A DNA stretch of 64,000 nucleotides from Paraspadella gotoi (lineage: Eukaryota; Animalia; Chaetognatha), in the NCBI GenBank assembly GCA_051294375.1, contig CM119269.1:6957552-7021551 (forward strand), read 5' to 3'. Below, in pieces: positions 42,569-54,889 of this stretch. A program made the translations under genes and the position numbers. Each line of letters starts with the position of its first letter. The stretch's first letter is position 1. The notes beneath the pieces are model-generated. The model did no database searches, had not been told where the DNA came from, and saw only the letters and a list, made by a program, of their open reading frames with translations.

Positions 42569-45500
42569 ATGTCGGATCGACGAAATTCTAAATCTGCGCC
42601 GCGGAAGAGAACGTCGGTCTCCTCTTCCCGGGTAAGTTTAACTTACTCTTTAGAAGATAAAGATTCCGACCTGTGATTCCTCTTGTGATTTTAAAATATT
42701 TTACATTCACAATTGATACTTTAAATGAGCTTGGACGAGAAGATTTGGACGAAAGATAAAAAGGATTTACGATTACTATTTTTCTTTGATAAAATTTTAA
42801 GTAAAAACTTTTTTTTAAATAACTTTCATGAGCGCATTTACCCGAAACATTTACGTTTATCAATATAAGTTGCAATAAAATACTGTAAAAATCGTTTTTC
42901 CTTAACTGTCAAAACGCAATGAAGAGAAAGAAACAAATGCCCTACACAGTACACAATGATAAAATAAAAAAAAAAAATCTTATAGGTCAATAGGAATTGC
43001 GACCATTCTTTGCATGTTCAAATCAAAACTGAAGAAAAAAAGCACATACCCTATAGTCTATATACCAACTCTTTCTCCTCAAATCTTATTATCTGCTCCC
43101 ATGCCTGGTATACCCCCTCCCTCCCCCCCTCCTAATTCCCTCTTCGTCTTTTCTCAGAAATCGTCGACGTCGGCGGAAAAAACGCCGCTGCTCAGCGCAG
43201 CGTCGACGCCACCGCCGCCGGCAAGAGAGAAGCACTGCTACTACTTCGAGGACGGTGTCCGACAGGTGATTGATTTACTTTTGATTTATTGCATTTTATT
43301 AGACGATTGCTTTATTTAACGAAAGATTGGTGGATATAAATATTGATTAAACTAAACATTGGTAGCGTGATAGATTTTTAGATTGATTGGTTGATTTATT
43401 GATTAATTGACCGATAGATTGATTGAAATATTGATGGATTGAAAGAGGGATGAACTCGTTGATTGACCGGTGCATCCATTAATTCATGCAACAATTGAAA
43501 AAAATTAACTGATTGATTTGTTGATTGACTGGTTCATTAATCAATTAATTGATAAATAAAAAAAGTTTGTTTAACTGAAAGATTGAATTCGTATAATTGA
43601 AGGTCGACTTTGTCCTCGTCTACGAAAACCTCCCCGACTACGAAGCTCCGCCCGAAGACAAGAGCGGCGTCTATCGGGACCGCTTCATGCAGAAGTTGCG
43701 GCAGGCGGGGCTGCATTTGGAGAAGGACGTCTCCAAGTCTCGGTGGAAGGGAAAGGAGACCGTCTTCGTTCTCGTCCACGTCCCCTTCGACACCATGTGC
43801 TCGTATGCGGAGGAGCTGAGCATCAAGGCCCCGCTGCAGGTGAGAGTTGGAATGAATGAATGAATGAATGAATGAATGAATGAATGAATGAATGAATGAA
43901 CGAATGTTAAATTGAAACGTAGGTTTTGTTTTGTTAATTTTAAAAGTAGTAAAAGCCAATCAACACACGAGATCAAATCAACGTAAAAATCATCATTTTG
44001 AAATAAAATTAGTAAAACCAACATAAAAAGTATCTATTCATTCAATAAATATTAAATAAGTTATCTTGTCTGCCGACTTTGGACCGACTATGGTGGGTTA
44101 ATTAATTTAATCACATTCAAGAATCCTATGAATTCCATAGTATGAGCTTTCAATCAAGACTCACTCATTTTCGTTTTAAAAATGATAAAAAGCCGCCTTT
44201 ACCTTCCAACTCAGGTTCAACCCAACCCGACCGTCAACTTCTCCGCCAAACTGATGAAACGGCTGAAGATCCCCAACCGCCTCGTCGAGCCAGTGGAGTA
44301 CGTCCCCCCCGACTACTACACTTGCAATTTCAAAAAGTCAAAGTTTCACAAATTTCTCGGTCACGAAAACCCGGAAGACTTTTTCTTCACTCGCGACAGA
44401 GGGAGGGTCGCCAATGAGATCTTGCAAACCACGGTGAGGATAATTAGTGAATGGGGTTCCATCGGGATTCCCATCGGGACGGTGATAACGATGGCGATGA
44501 TGATGATGATCTCATGATGATTATTATAATGTTAGCGATGATGGTGATGACGGCATCGCCATCATCACCATCACAATCATGATGATTATGATATCGATAT
44601 GTATGCAATATGCATGATGATGATGATTGAGTCTTAAAATAAGAATTTTAAACGTTTCTCGTTGCGGTAAATTATTTGCAATCAAAGTTAAAAACAAGAA
44701 TAATAATAATAAAATGATGTTTTGGTTGTTTTTTTTAAGGTTATTTATTAATTACAATTTTGTTTTTAAGATAAAATAATTTAAGAGTCTCTAGTAAGAT
44801 TTTCTGTCTGTTTTCGTTCGTAAGTGACATCCTTTATTCTCTCTCAATCGACAACAGGTCTAGTGAGATTTTCTGTCTGTTTTCCTTCGTAAGTCACATC
44901 TTTTATTCTCTCTTAATCGACAACAGGTCTACGGAAAGCGTCGCCGCGCGGAGATCGGCATCGACCAACTCATCGAGCGCGGCATCTTCACCGCAGCCTT
45001 TCCGCTGCACGACGGCCCCTTTGAGGTGGAGGAGGGAACCGAAGGCTTTCAGTACAACGAGCGACAGATCCTGAGCATCCATTGGGCCGCCTGGGGAAAG
45101 TGGGCCAAGTACCAGCCCATGGACAATATCAAGGCATGTTGTGTTCGGTCCGCTGAAATGGAAGCGAATGTGCATTGTTGTCAGGTCGGGGTTTGTTGGA
45201 ACAAAGGGAAATGTAGTTGAGATTGATTTTTTGGACCGGTTGGATGGGTAAAATCTAAAGTCACTGATAACAGGAACTTTTTTCAAGGATAAAGGTGTTT
45301 TAGCGAAAACAAAGTTTAAAGTTTGTACTACAACGAAGGAGAGGAGTCCACCACTCCTGCCGCGAAAGCAGCAAGAACGGACACCCACCTATCTCACCAG
45401 CAGGTGAGAAGAGGGCAGTCAGCAAGCGTAACAGGCCAGAGAGACATAAGAGTAGCACTAGGAATGTTCCCACAAGGAACAATCCCCAGCCCGGCATTTA

Positions 45501-45918
45501 CCAGCTCAGTAACACTCTCCTCTCAACCACTGACGCGCTAATGACCTGACCACATCGTCCATGTCTCTCCTTTGCTCCACCAAGGGGGGCCAGCTCATTT
45601 TGAGCTCTATCTTATCTCTTACATTTCATCCTTTCTTCTCTTTAACTTAACTATCCCTAACAAATGTAATTTTTCTCATTTCATATTTCAAATTCTACTT
45701 TTAATTTAATTTATTATTTAGCTAATTGTTATTTCCACTTTAAAAACTTATATCTTTGTTGTACATTGCACAAATGTATCATATTACCTCTCTCTCTCTC
45801 ACTCTCTCTGTTTGACCATTTCACTTTCTTCTTCAAAAACTCACTCAATCTGTCCTTGCCTTCACCTGTCCTCACCTCTGACCACTATTCTGTCTCACCA
45901 CTTTGTTGGAAACTTTAA

Positions 45919-45962
<44 letters not shown>

Positions 45963-48900
45963 TTTACTTTTGCAAAAGTTTTTGATAGTCTGTCAAACAC
46001 TGATGAAGGCTTGAACAAGAGCCGAAACATGTCTGTCTATGTCAAATAAAAAATCGTTGTAGTACAAACTTTAAACTTTGTTTTCGCTAAAACACCAAAA
46101 CACAACGAAACGAAAGGAATACCACATCAAGGATAAAGGTATAAGTTGCACAATCTTTAGCCCACAAAAAAAACCCATCAATTCTCTTGAATGTAATGAT
46201 AATGTTTGAAATTAATGTCTTTAAAAAAATGTGTATTTAGCAACGAAAATGTTGTCAATTTTGCGTACATGTTTCTAGCGAATTTTTTTAATTCTTTTCA
46301 GCGCGAGTGCACATTAGTTTGATATATGCATACAGTGTATACATGTATACACGCGATATTAAAAACTTTAAAAACAATTAAAATTTCTTTTTGATACTAA
46401 ATAAAAATGAAACGAAAGAACCAACCGCCCTACCAATTAGTATCATTGTAATTTAAAAACCTTAGCATCAACATCTCATGAAAATTAACTCACCCTTTCT
46501 TTTCCCAAACAGGAATACTTTGGCGAGAAGATCGGCCTGTACTTCGCCTGGCTTGGGTTCTACACCGCCTGGCTGCTTCCCGCTTCCATCGTCGGCGTCC
46601 TTGTCTTTCTCTATGGAATCGTCGCCGTCTTCTACTACGAACCGGCGAACGTCGTCTGCTCTTCCGGCGCCGAGTACACGATGTGTCCCATCGCCGAAGG
46701 ATCCGGCGTTTGGTTCCTGAACACGACTTGTTTGAACTACAGGTAAATGGATCGGCTTTTTCCATTATTTAGTTTGGTTTTAGGATTATTGATATTTGCA
46801 ATATGCTTTTATAGTTTACATCGATGATTTAGCGCATCCTAGGTTCTTCCATCTCGTTTGCATATTACAATTTTGATTTTGATTAAACACATTAAACACG
46901 TTCTCCTGATAGATGCAAATTTTTTTCACGATTCCTTTCGACAGAATAAGTTACCTCTTCGACCACGGCGGTACGGTCTTTTACGCCATCTTCATGTCCC
47001 TCTGGGCCGTCTGCTTTCTCGAAAATTGGAAGCGCAAGAACGCGGCCTTGGCCCATCGCTGGGACTGCTTGGGCTACGAGGAGGAAGAGGAGCGACCCCG
47101 TCCGGAATTCGTCGTCCGCGCCCCCAAGTTGGAGGAGAACCCGGTGACGGGACAGATGGAGCCCCATTTCCCGGCGTCCTCTCGCATCCCGCGCATCGTG
47201 ACGAGCCTTTCCGCCATCCTCATAATGGTCGTCTTCGTCGTCCTCTTCATCGTCGCCGTCATCATCTATCGAACCCTCATCCAACAGCCCCTCTCCAAAG
47301 ACCCGACCCTGCAGCCATACAACCCCATGATGACGAGTCTGACGGCCGCCGTCTTTAATCTCATACTCATAATGGTGCTGAGTCACGTGTACAACGCGTT
47401 GGCAAAGTTGTTGACGGATTGGGAGATGCATCGGACGCAGACGGAGTACGAAGACAATCTCATCATCAAAGTCTTCATCTTTCAATTTTGCAATTTCTAC
47501 TCGTCCATCATCTACATTGGATTCTTCAAGGTTGGTTGGGGTTGATGTTAGCTAATTCGGGTTTGGCATTTCTTTTAATCTGTTTGTCCATTATGTGATC
47601 TATCCGTACAATGTTATAGAATGAGCTAAATATGTTAGATTCAGATATTTCATCTATGACTGTGTCGACTGTATTAATTAGCTCAAGCTACATTGTTGAA
47701 AATCAGTACTTACTCGGTTTTTTTTAATAATTTTATATTATTATGAGTTTGTGGCGGTATATTCTCACCGCCTCATGTCCACCATCCTTCAGCCAAATCC
47801 ATTGGCTCAGAGGGGGAACACACCATCCCAGGCGTAGTGTTCCATCCACAGTCCTAACGACTTCCCTCTGCGTTGGCAAAGCGAGACCGTCCTAGGGTAA
47901 CCGCGCCAGTGACTGGAGGCGTCACTGAGGGTCGGAAGCCCCCAAAAGCCAACAGTGAGATGCCCCATCCCAATGAGCATCACAGGCAACCCGGCTGTTG
48001 CCATAAGTTTTTATTTAAAAACGAGTCGACGTCATGACTCATGACCAGAGGATCTAATGTTCTGAAAGGGTATCTATCGTAGGACTAATTATTAAATTAC
48101 ATCGACGCATGTCTCTGATTTTTTAAATCAACCAACGTTCTTTTTATCAAACATATAGCTGCTTATTTGCATTTATAACATCGTTGCATTCTTAACTAAG
48201 CCATAAAAAAAACTTAATTTAAGAATTCGTATCTGCAGGTTTTTTTTTTTCCTATTCAATGTTACATAATGCCAACGTAATGAAAGGTAACCTTTGAAGT
48301 GAAGGTCAAAAAAAGTTAAGAAGCTGAATCTTTTATGTAACTTGCTCATAAAACAGGTTTTATTGACGCAAAAGATTCGGACTACCCCACGGTGATTCCC
48401 TGTTTGAAAAAAACTAATAATAGACATTGCACAAAAGCAAGAACTATTTTTAAAACCCCTTTGACTCACTTCAATCCTAGATCTGTAATAAAATAGTAGT
48501 AAAAATTCTAAATTTAACGTTTATTAAAATTCTAACAGTGAGGAATGAACAACATTAATGTATAAAAAAATATACTATATTTATACATATAGGGAATATA
48601 TAACCCTATAAATGTTAAAATTTCTATTTTTTTTCGTAGATTTGAATTCATCGTGAAAAGTTGATAAAAAATAACTTTTTAAAATATTCTTTCATTAAGA
48701 CTTTAAGTTAGTAAAAAATCAGAAAAACCTATATTTTAAGCTGAAAATTAAATTTTTATATATTAAATATAGTTTTTTTTTAATTTTTAACTCACTTAAT
48801 TAAATAATTGAGACACTCTGTATTAAACACTTCTATCTCTTATTTAGTCTAATTACAATTATACGATTACAGGGCCAATTTGTGGGCTACCCTGGCCACT

Positions 48901-49063
48901 ACACGACATTCCTGGGACTTCGTAACGAAGAGTGCGGCCCGGGCGGCTGCTTCATAGAATTAGCTCAACAGCTCGGGGTCATTCTCGTAGGGAAGCAGAT
49001 GATCGGCAACATTCAGGTTAAAATGCGACGTTTCTTCTCTCTTCTCTTCTCTCTCTCCTCTCT

Positions 49064-49113
<50 letters not shown>

Positions 49114-51252
49114 CCTTTCCTCCCTCCATTGAAAGTCGGTTTCCAGCAGCGTGACTTACTTCTTTCGAAACAGGAGAATTATAATTACTAAGTCTGAGTA
49201 ATTCATTACCGAGTTCGCGAGTTTCAGTTAAAAATATCAATCATCTAGATTTAATAAAATATTATCGAAATTTTATTTCATATTTGGCTGAAACCGCGTC
49301 CTATAACAACTTGCAATGTATAATCTTATTGATGTATATTTAAAGTATGCACTATCTTCAATTTGAGGGAAATTTGAGTTACCAAAGAACTCGCTTGGCA
49401 GGCTAATTGGGTTGGCAGGCGAGAGAGAGAGAGGTAGAGAGAGAGAGAGGAAGAGAGAGAGAGACTATAACAACGACGATGAGAAAAACGACAACCACAT
49501 TGATGGATGTGGCGGATTCGATAGATTCATTCAAAAATCCAGTTCTCTACTTGAGATTACGAAAGTCTATGATTTTTTTACATATTACTTAATAGGTTTT
49601 CAATTGCTCTCAGTGGTAACGCAGCTGCCTAACAAAAAGGGACTAAGATAAAAAAAATAAAGAAAGTAGTCAAAAGAAAGGAATTGTTATCAAAAATTAG
49701 TAGCAAAGCATAAATGTAATGGTTATGGGGACAAAAATGGCAAGCAAATGTTAGGAAAAAATCTCGTAAATTTTGTTTTTAACCCGAACTTATTAGTTTT
49801 TCTTGGATAAACTTTATGATTGTAATTGCGGCACAAAATAAAAGGCATTATTAGAAGGTTTAAACATCTTTTTAATTATTGAATATTTTAAATTAGGAAC
49901 TGCTGATCCCAAAATTAAAAGGATGGTGGATGCGACGAAAACAAAAGAAGCAGATGCAAGAAAAAGAAGATCTGAGTCTTTTGTCTCCGTGGGAGAGAGA
50001 TTACAGACTCATTCCTAATGAAGGACTGTTTGAGGTGAGAGATGGGATGATGGAGGGAGATTACAGACTCATTCCTAATGAAGGACTGTTTGAGGTGAGA
50101 GAATGAGATATTGGGAGATATAAAAAAAATGAATGTAAAAATAGAAAGGGATAGAAAGATCTAACTATTTAAACTGTCAGACTGATGAAGATTCATGAAG
50201 TACGATAAACAGTTGACTATTAAGTTAATTTTTGGAATTTGAATTTTATTTATTTATTTTATTTATTTATTTTATTTATTTATTTTTAGATTTGACTCGA
50301 GGTTTTTTGTCTTTAATATTCCTTAATCCTTAATTCCTTAATTCCTTAATCTTTTCTAACTTACTCTTCACCTCTACTCCTTTCCCCAATCTTCCCTCCC
50401 GCCCCCCGCCGACAGGAATACCTGGAAATGGTCCTCCAGTTCGGCTTCATCACCATCTTCGTCGCCGCCTTCCCGCTCGCGCCTCTCTTCGCCCTCCTTA
50501 ACAACTGGGTGGAGATTAGACTCGACGCCTCAAAGTTGGTTAGGGAGACTCGACGACCCGTTTCGGAGAAGGCCGAGGACATCGGAGTCTGGTTCACGAT
50601 CCTCGATGTGCTCGTCCAGTTGGCCGTCATCGCCAACGCCTTTCTCATCGCCTTCACCTCCAGGTAGGAGCGGGATTGAGAACTTATTAGTTTTTTATTT
50701 GTTTGTATTCTTGGTAATATTATAAGAACATTATTAACATTATTAAAAACTTTGTGTGAGTTTTAAATAATATCAAATAATTGTATGAAACTGGTCCATC
50801 CATATAAAATCTTTATTGATTTTTTTCCCCTTTTCTTCATCATTCCTTTTACTTACCCCTACTCCCCGCCCACTACTCACCCTCAACCCCGCAGCTTCAT
50901 CGACGAGACTTTCTACGCCTACTCCACCGGCGACACCAACTTGACCGGCTACATCAACCACACCCTCTCCGTGGCCAAACACGACCCAGACGTCTCCAAC
51001 GCCACCTGTCACTACCGAGGCTTTCGCGATGAAGATGGCCACCACACGCGCTACCACTTCCGTCTCCTCTGCGTCAAACTGGCGTTCGTCATCGTCTTCG
51101 AACACGTGGTCTTCTTCGTCAGTCGCCTGATTGACATCATGGTGCCTGACATTCCAGAGTCGGTGGCCTTGAAGATCAAGAGGGAGAATTATTTGGGGAA
51201 GAGGGCGCTGGCCGAGAGGGCGGTGGAGGAAGAGGGCGGGGAAGAGGATTAA
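42569..51252 (+). CDS. ANO7: Anoctamin (TMEM16) family Ca2+-activated scramblase/channel, anoctamin-7-like, ~845 aa
   Basis: 11 phase-consistent exons: 42569-42631, 43158-43265, 43603-43839, 44215-44433, 44927-45133 (GC donor), 46513-46742, 46945-47530, 48873-49016, 49897-50034, 50416-50663, 50895-51252 (2538 nt). Motifs: [93 protein letters not shown]. The FDHGGTVF and LIPKLKGWW stretches match ANO7 as recalled. Confidence 0.95.
44790..44931 (+). repeat. 69-bp tandem duplication of the ANO7 exon 5 acceptor
   Basis: TCTAGTRAGATTTTCTGTC...AATCGACAACAG|GTCTA occurs twice (AG ends at 44857 and 44926). Confidence 0.95.
45283..46140 (+). mobile_element. 5'-truncated Penelope-like retroelement insertion in ANO7 intron 5
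   Basis: 14-bp direct repeat TCAAGGATAAAGGT at 45283-45296 and 46127-46140; perfect 43-bp inverted repeat at 45294-45336 / 46054-46096; ORF tail ending TAA TGA at ~45541; hammerhead core at 46000-46033; AATAAA at 46045. Confidence 0.8.
45995..46038 (+). ncRNA. Minimal type I hammerhead ribozyme
   Basis: ACA-CTGATGA-A-GGCTT-gaacaa-GAGCC-GAAA-CATG-TC-TGT: intact core, 5-bp stem II, palindromic ACATGT stem III, short stem I. Predicted cleavage after C46033. Confidence 0.8.
47750..48005 (+). mobile_element. 256-bp solo-LTR/MITE-like element in ANO7 intron 7
   Basis: Ends TGTGGC...GCCATA (near-perfect inverted termini), AGTT repeated on both flanks (47746-49 / 48006-09), second copy at 871-1093. 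Confidence 0.75.
49992..50102 (+). repeat. 60-bp-period duplication of the ANO7 exon 9 3' end and donor
   Basis: GAGATTACAGACTCATTCCTAATGAAGGACTGTTTGAG|GTGAGAGA occurs twice (exon ends 50034 and 50094). Confidence 0.96.
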
Positions 51253-53364
51253 GAGGGAGATGGTAGGAGTCGGGGAGATGATAAATATTTGTAATGATGA
51301 TTGCATGAATTAAAAAATGTAATAATAAGTATGAATGTAAAAAATTCTACTTGAGTCAGCCCAAGTCCAAAAAAAAGAAACTTAGACGAGAAAAAGTTGT
51401 TTTCCCAGAATCTCTAAAATCTCTGAAATTATTTTTCCCTCGCCCCAGGGGCATTCAGTAAATGTATATGTCCCCTTAGTCCATTGGATGGTCGATACTA
51501 TAGACCGGAAAGGCATTTTACGTGGCATTTTCTAGCTGGACAATTATTTTTTTTAGGGTATTATTATCATTGGTGATGTTTTTTTCTTCTTCTTTTGTTG
51601 ATGTATTTAAAAAATTAAAACTTTCGCCCGTTTACGTAATGTGCATATTTTTTTTTTTAATTTAAGACGATAAAATTAAATGTCGAGAATGTTATATAGT
51701 AAAGAAAATAGTCGATTTTGAACTTAAAGGTTGAAACCTTAAAAGTTGAAAACTGCAACGACAAACTTTGACAATATGCCATTTGTTTATTCGATATCGG
51801 TGCAGGCTGCTGCCCTCTAGTTACTGATATCGTGTTATAAAACTAAAAGATCATTCAACAATTCTTACATACTTTATTTTTAACATTTTTGGTTAATCTA
51901 TTAATCTGTTTATATCAGTAATAGTCTAATAACGTATTTGTGTTTTATCAGTTTTATCAGTCCGGGAAGCTTCAAAACATATACACAATACTATAAACAA
52001 CTTTTAAAATATGTTATATTCTATTTGATATTCAACTTAAAAAAATAATCTTCGGTTTCCAATTCCTTTCCGTAAAAAGCTGCGTGATGCAGAGGCGATA
52101 ATTGTCGCCCATTTTTCTGGGTGGTGCTGGTAGCTGCGAAATGCAAGGCCGACAAAATGCAATGCCGCCAAGCCGAGAAAGGTTGCAAAATGCCGCCAAG
52201 CCGACTAACGCCGCCAATACTCGCCAGATGGCGCTTCATTATAACTCTACAGCGAATCTTGACTTGCGTCGATCGCAGACGAACAAAAGGTCATCATTCT
52301 ATAATCCTCGTTTTCGGATCATTTTCCTTCCTATTCTTCCTTTTCATATTTTTCTTTTTCATTTTAGCCCCTTTCATTTTCTTTCCTTTTTATTCCATGT
52401 CATTTCATTTTGATTTCTTTAATTCGTTTTATTTCATTAAATTCTCTTTCATTCCATTTTATTCCATTTGATTCCAATTTGACCCCTTATATTGCCTTTT
52501 TTTTCCCAATTTTTGGACCTCATTATTCATATTTTTGCGTTCGTCGATATTTTTTTTTTTATTAATGGAATCGTCAATAAATGACTTTTATCGACAGCAA
52601 CCTTCTTGAAAGGCAACTGCAGTAAAAATTTTAAATGCGAAATATATTACTTTTTCAAAATATCTCTTCTAAATCACCTTTAAATTTTTTTTCAGTTTCT
52701 TACATTATTATAAATACATTCCTCACTCTTTCATAACTTCGTTTTTAACAATTTTCTATGCGTAAAATGCAAAGTTCGGGTTCCATTTAAAACCCACTCT
52801 TGAATTTTCTTTTTTTTTAAAATTCCCCCCCCCCATCTCGAGAAAGCGTCGGTTTCCATTTCAAATTCAAAAATGCCCAAACGGTTCCTCGACTTTTTTT
52901 TTTTCATTCCACGAAAGCAAAAATCCTTCCGCCGGAAGAAAGCCGAATCTCCCCTTGTCATTTCTCTCGCGCCACAATTTTTTTTTCTTTTTTTATTCTT
53001 CGTCAAACTCACTTTCTTATTCATATTTCCTCTTTTTTTTTTCCTTTTTGGCGAACTTACCATTTTTCCATTTATGCATAGAACTTTTGAGTCGCTCCTT
53101 AATCCTCTCTTTTGTCCTCCTTTTTTCTCCCTTACAATTTCTCTCCTCCAGTCTTTTTTTCTCTGTTTGTGTTTCCTCCCTTTTTTTTTCCTCCTCCTCC
53201 TCTTCTTCCTTCTCCTCTTCTTCCTCCTCTTCCTCCTCAATTGAATGAAGAAGCGTTTTCCTCTCTGGTCGTTCGGTCTTCGTCCGAACTCTTGACGCGA
53301 ACTTTGTTTTCTTTCTCAGTCAGCGTTTGTCTCTTACTCTGTCAGTCTGTCGGTGGGTTTCGCT

Positions 53365-53405
<41 letters not shown>

Positions 53406-53590
53406 TTCTTTCAATTTATCTCTCAACTTTCGAGCTGCGAAAAACTGGACTAAATCTCGACGCAATTTATAATTTTTATTTTTTCAAATTTAATTGAAAA
53501 AAAATTTAATTCATTTTTTTCAATCCGCGTTTCTTTCGAGCGGAGAAAAAAAAATTCCTCAAAACTCTTTGGATATTTGAGGAAACTTTT

Positions 53591-53653
<63 letters not shown>

Positions 53654-53839
53654 CCTCTCTCTCTCTCTCTCTCTCTATTTTTTTTTCTTCTTTGTGATTC
53701 CAGTTTGAAAAGAAACCAAGAGAGAGAGAGAGCGCGAATCGATTCTTTTTTTCCTCGCAAATTGGAAGAATCCTTATTTCCTCTCAGTTCGGTTCCCTCA
53801 TGGCAACTTTCTTCTTAACCATTTTTATGTCAATTTTCG

Positions 53840-53895
<56 letters not shown>

Positions 53896-54289
53896 TTCTC
53901 TGTCTCTTCTCTCTCCCTCTCTCTCTCATCGTCGTCATCTCTCTTCTCTTCTCCAGTATATCTCTTCGCAATTTTGCCTTTATGTACTCCTGATGGTTCT
54001 TACCTCCTACCAAAACGGCCTCTTTTATAAAAAAAAAGGTAAGGCAGTCTAGTAAGATATTTAAGAAGCTTTTAATGATTGCCCCATAAACCAAGATGGC
54101 CCCCCACTTGTGATTACATCGTCATTAGCTCATGAATTCAAAATCTTGGTTTCAATTGTGAAACCTAAAGCGTCTCGAGGGCACGGCGTCCTCCAAAGCC
54201 GGGTTTCACGACCAGGACCCTTTATCCAAGAATTTAATTTTAAATTTTAAATTTAAGCTTAAATACGTTCTCAAACTTAGAAACCAATC

Positions 54290-54480
54290 CCCAACCTTAA
54301 TCTCTTCCCTTAATCCTTAACCCTAACCTAACCTAAACTAATTTCCTATATCCTAGTCCCTAACTCAAATTCCTAACCCATAATCTTATACTAAGTCTTT
54401 ACTCTTAATTACTAACCTAATAATTAACCTAATCCCTAATCATTAAACTAAATTTTTACCTTAAAAAAATTAACCTAACA
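54290..54480 (+). repeat. Degenerate (TAACCC)n-like repeat tract
   Basis: CCTTAACCCTAACCCTAACCTAAAC followed by decayed units; a similar decayed TTAGGG-like tract lies at ~19677-19760. Confidence 0.6.
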
Positions 54481-54751
54481 TCGAATTTAAGATAAAATGA
54501 GGCGCTCTGGCGAAATAAGGCCCAAAATGGGATTCCGTCTCCTTCTAACCACAAATGACTCACTTACGATACTACTAACGAAATACTTCTAATAATGATA
54601 ACCGAGAAAAAAAAGTTTTCCTTTCCTCCAAACGGCAACCGCAGAAACCACGTGCAATCTCCCCCAAAATCGCTGGCATCTTTTCAAATCGACCCGGCCG
54701 CAGTTTCGCTCCGAAGCTACTTTCTCCGTTCCTCACTCTTTTCTTTCTTTA

Positions 54752-54889
54752 TTTGTAGTTGCGCCGCGAGAACTCGCGGAGCAACTCTATAAGTCATTTT
54801 TCGGTCTGTCTGTCGGTCGATCGGTATGTCGGTCCCACGAACGTTATAAATGCGTATTATTTGCCTTTATAGTTGGTTGTTCATTTGTT
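54752..54889 (+). mobile_element. Short Helentron-associated (HINE/DINE-1-like) element
   Basis: T-rich flank, palindrome AGTTGC-GCCGCGAG-aa-CTCGCGG-A-GCAACT, CTATAA, then a (GTCK)n microsatellite; same layout as 60738. Confidence 0.55.

Noticed and set aside
50174-50220. CTGATGAAG...GATAAAC hammerhead-like remnant in ANO7 intron 9
   Set aside because: The GAAA core is interrupted, stem II is poor and there is no clear cleavage triplet; at most a decayed relic.
54290-54480. Telomere or Athena-type terminal structure
   Set aside because: Only two or three perfect TAACCC units, internal and decayed, with no associated RT sequence.
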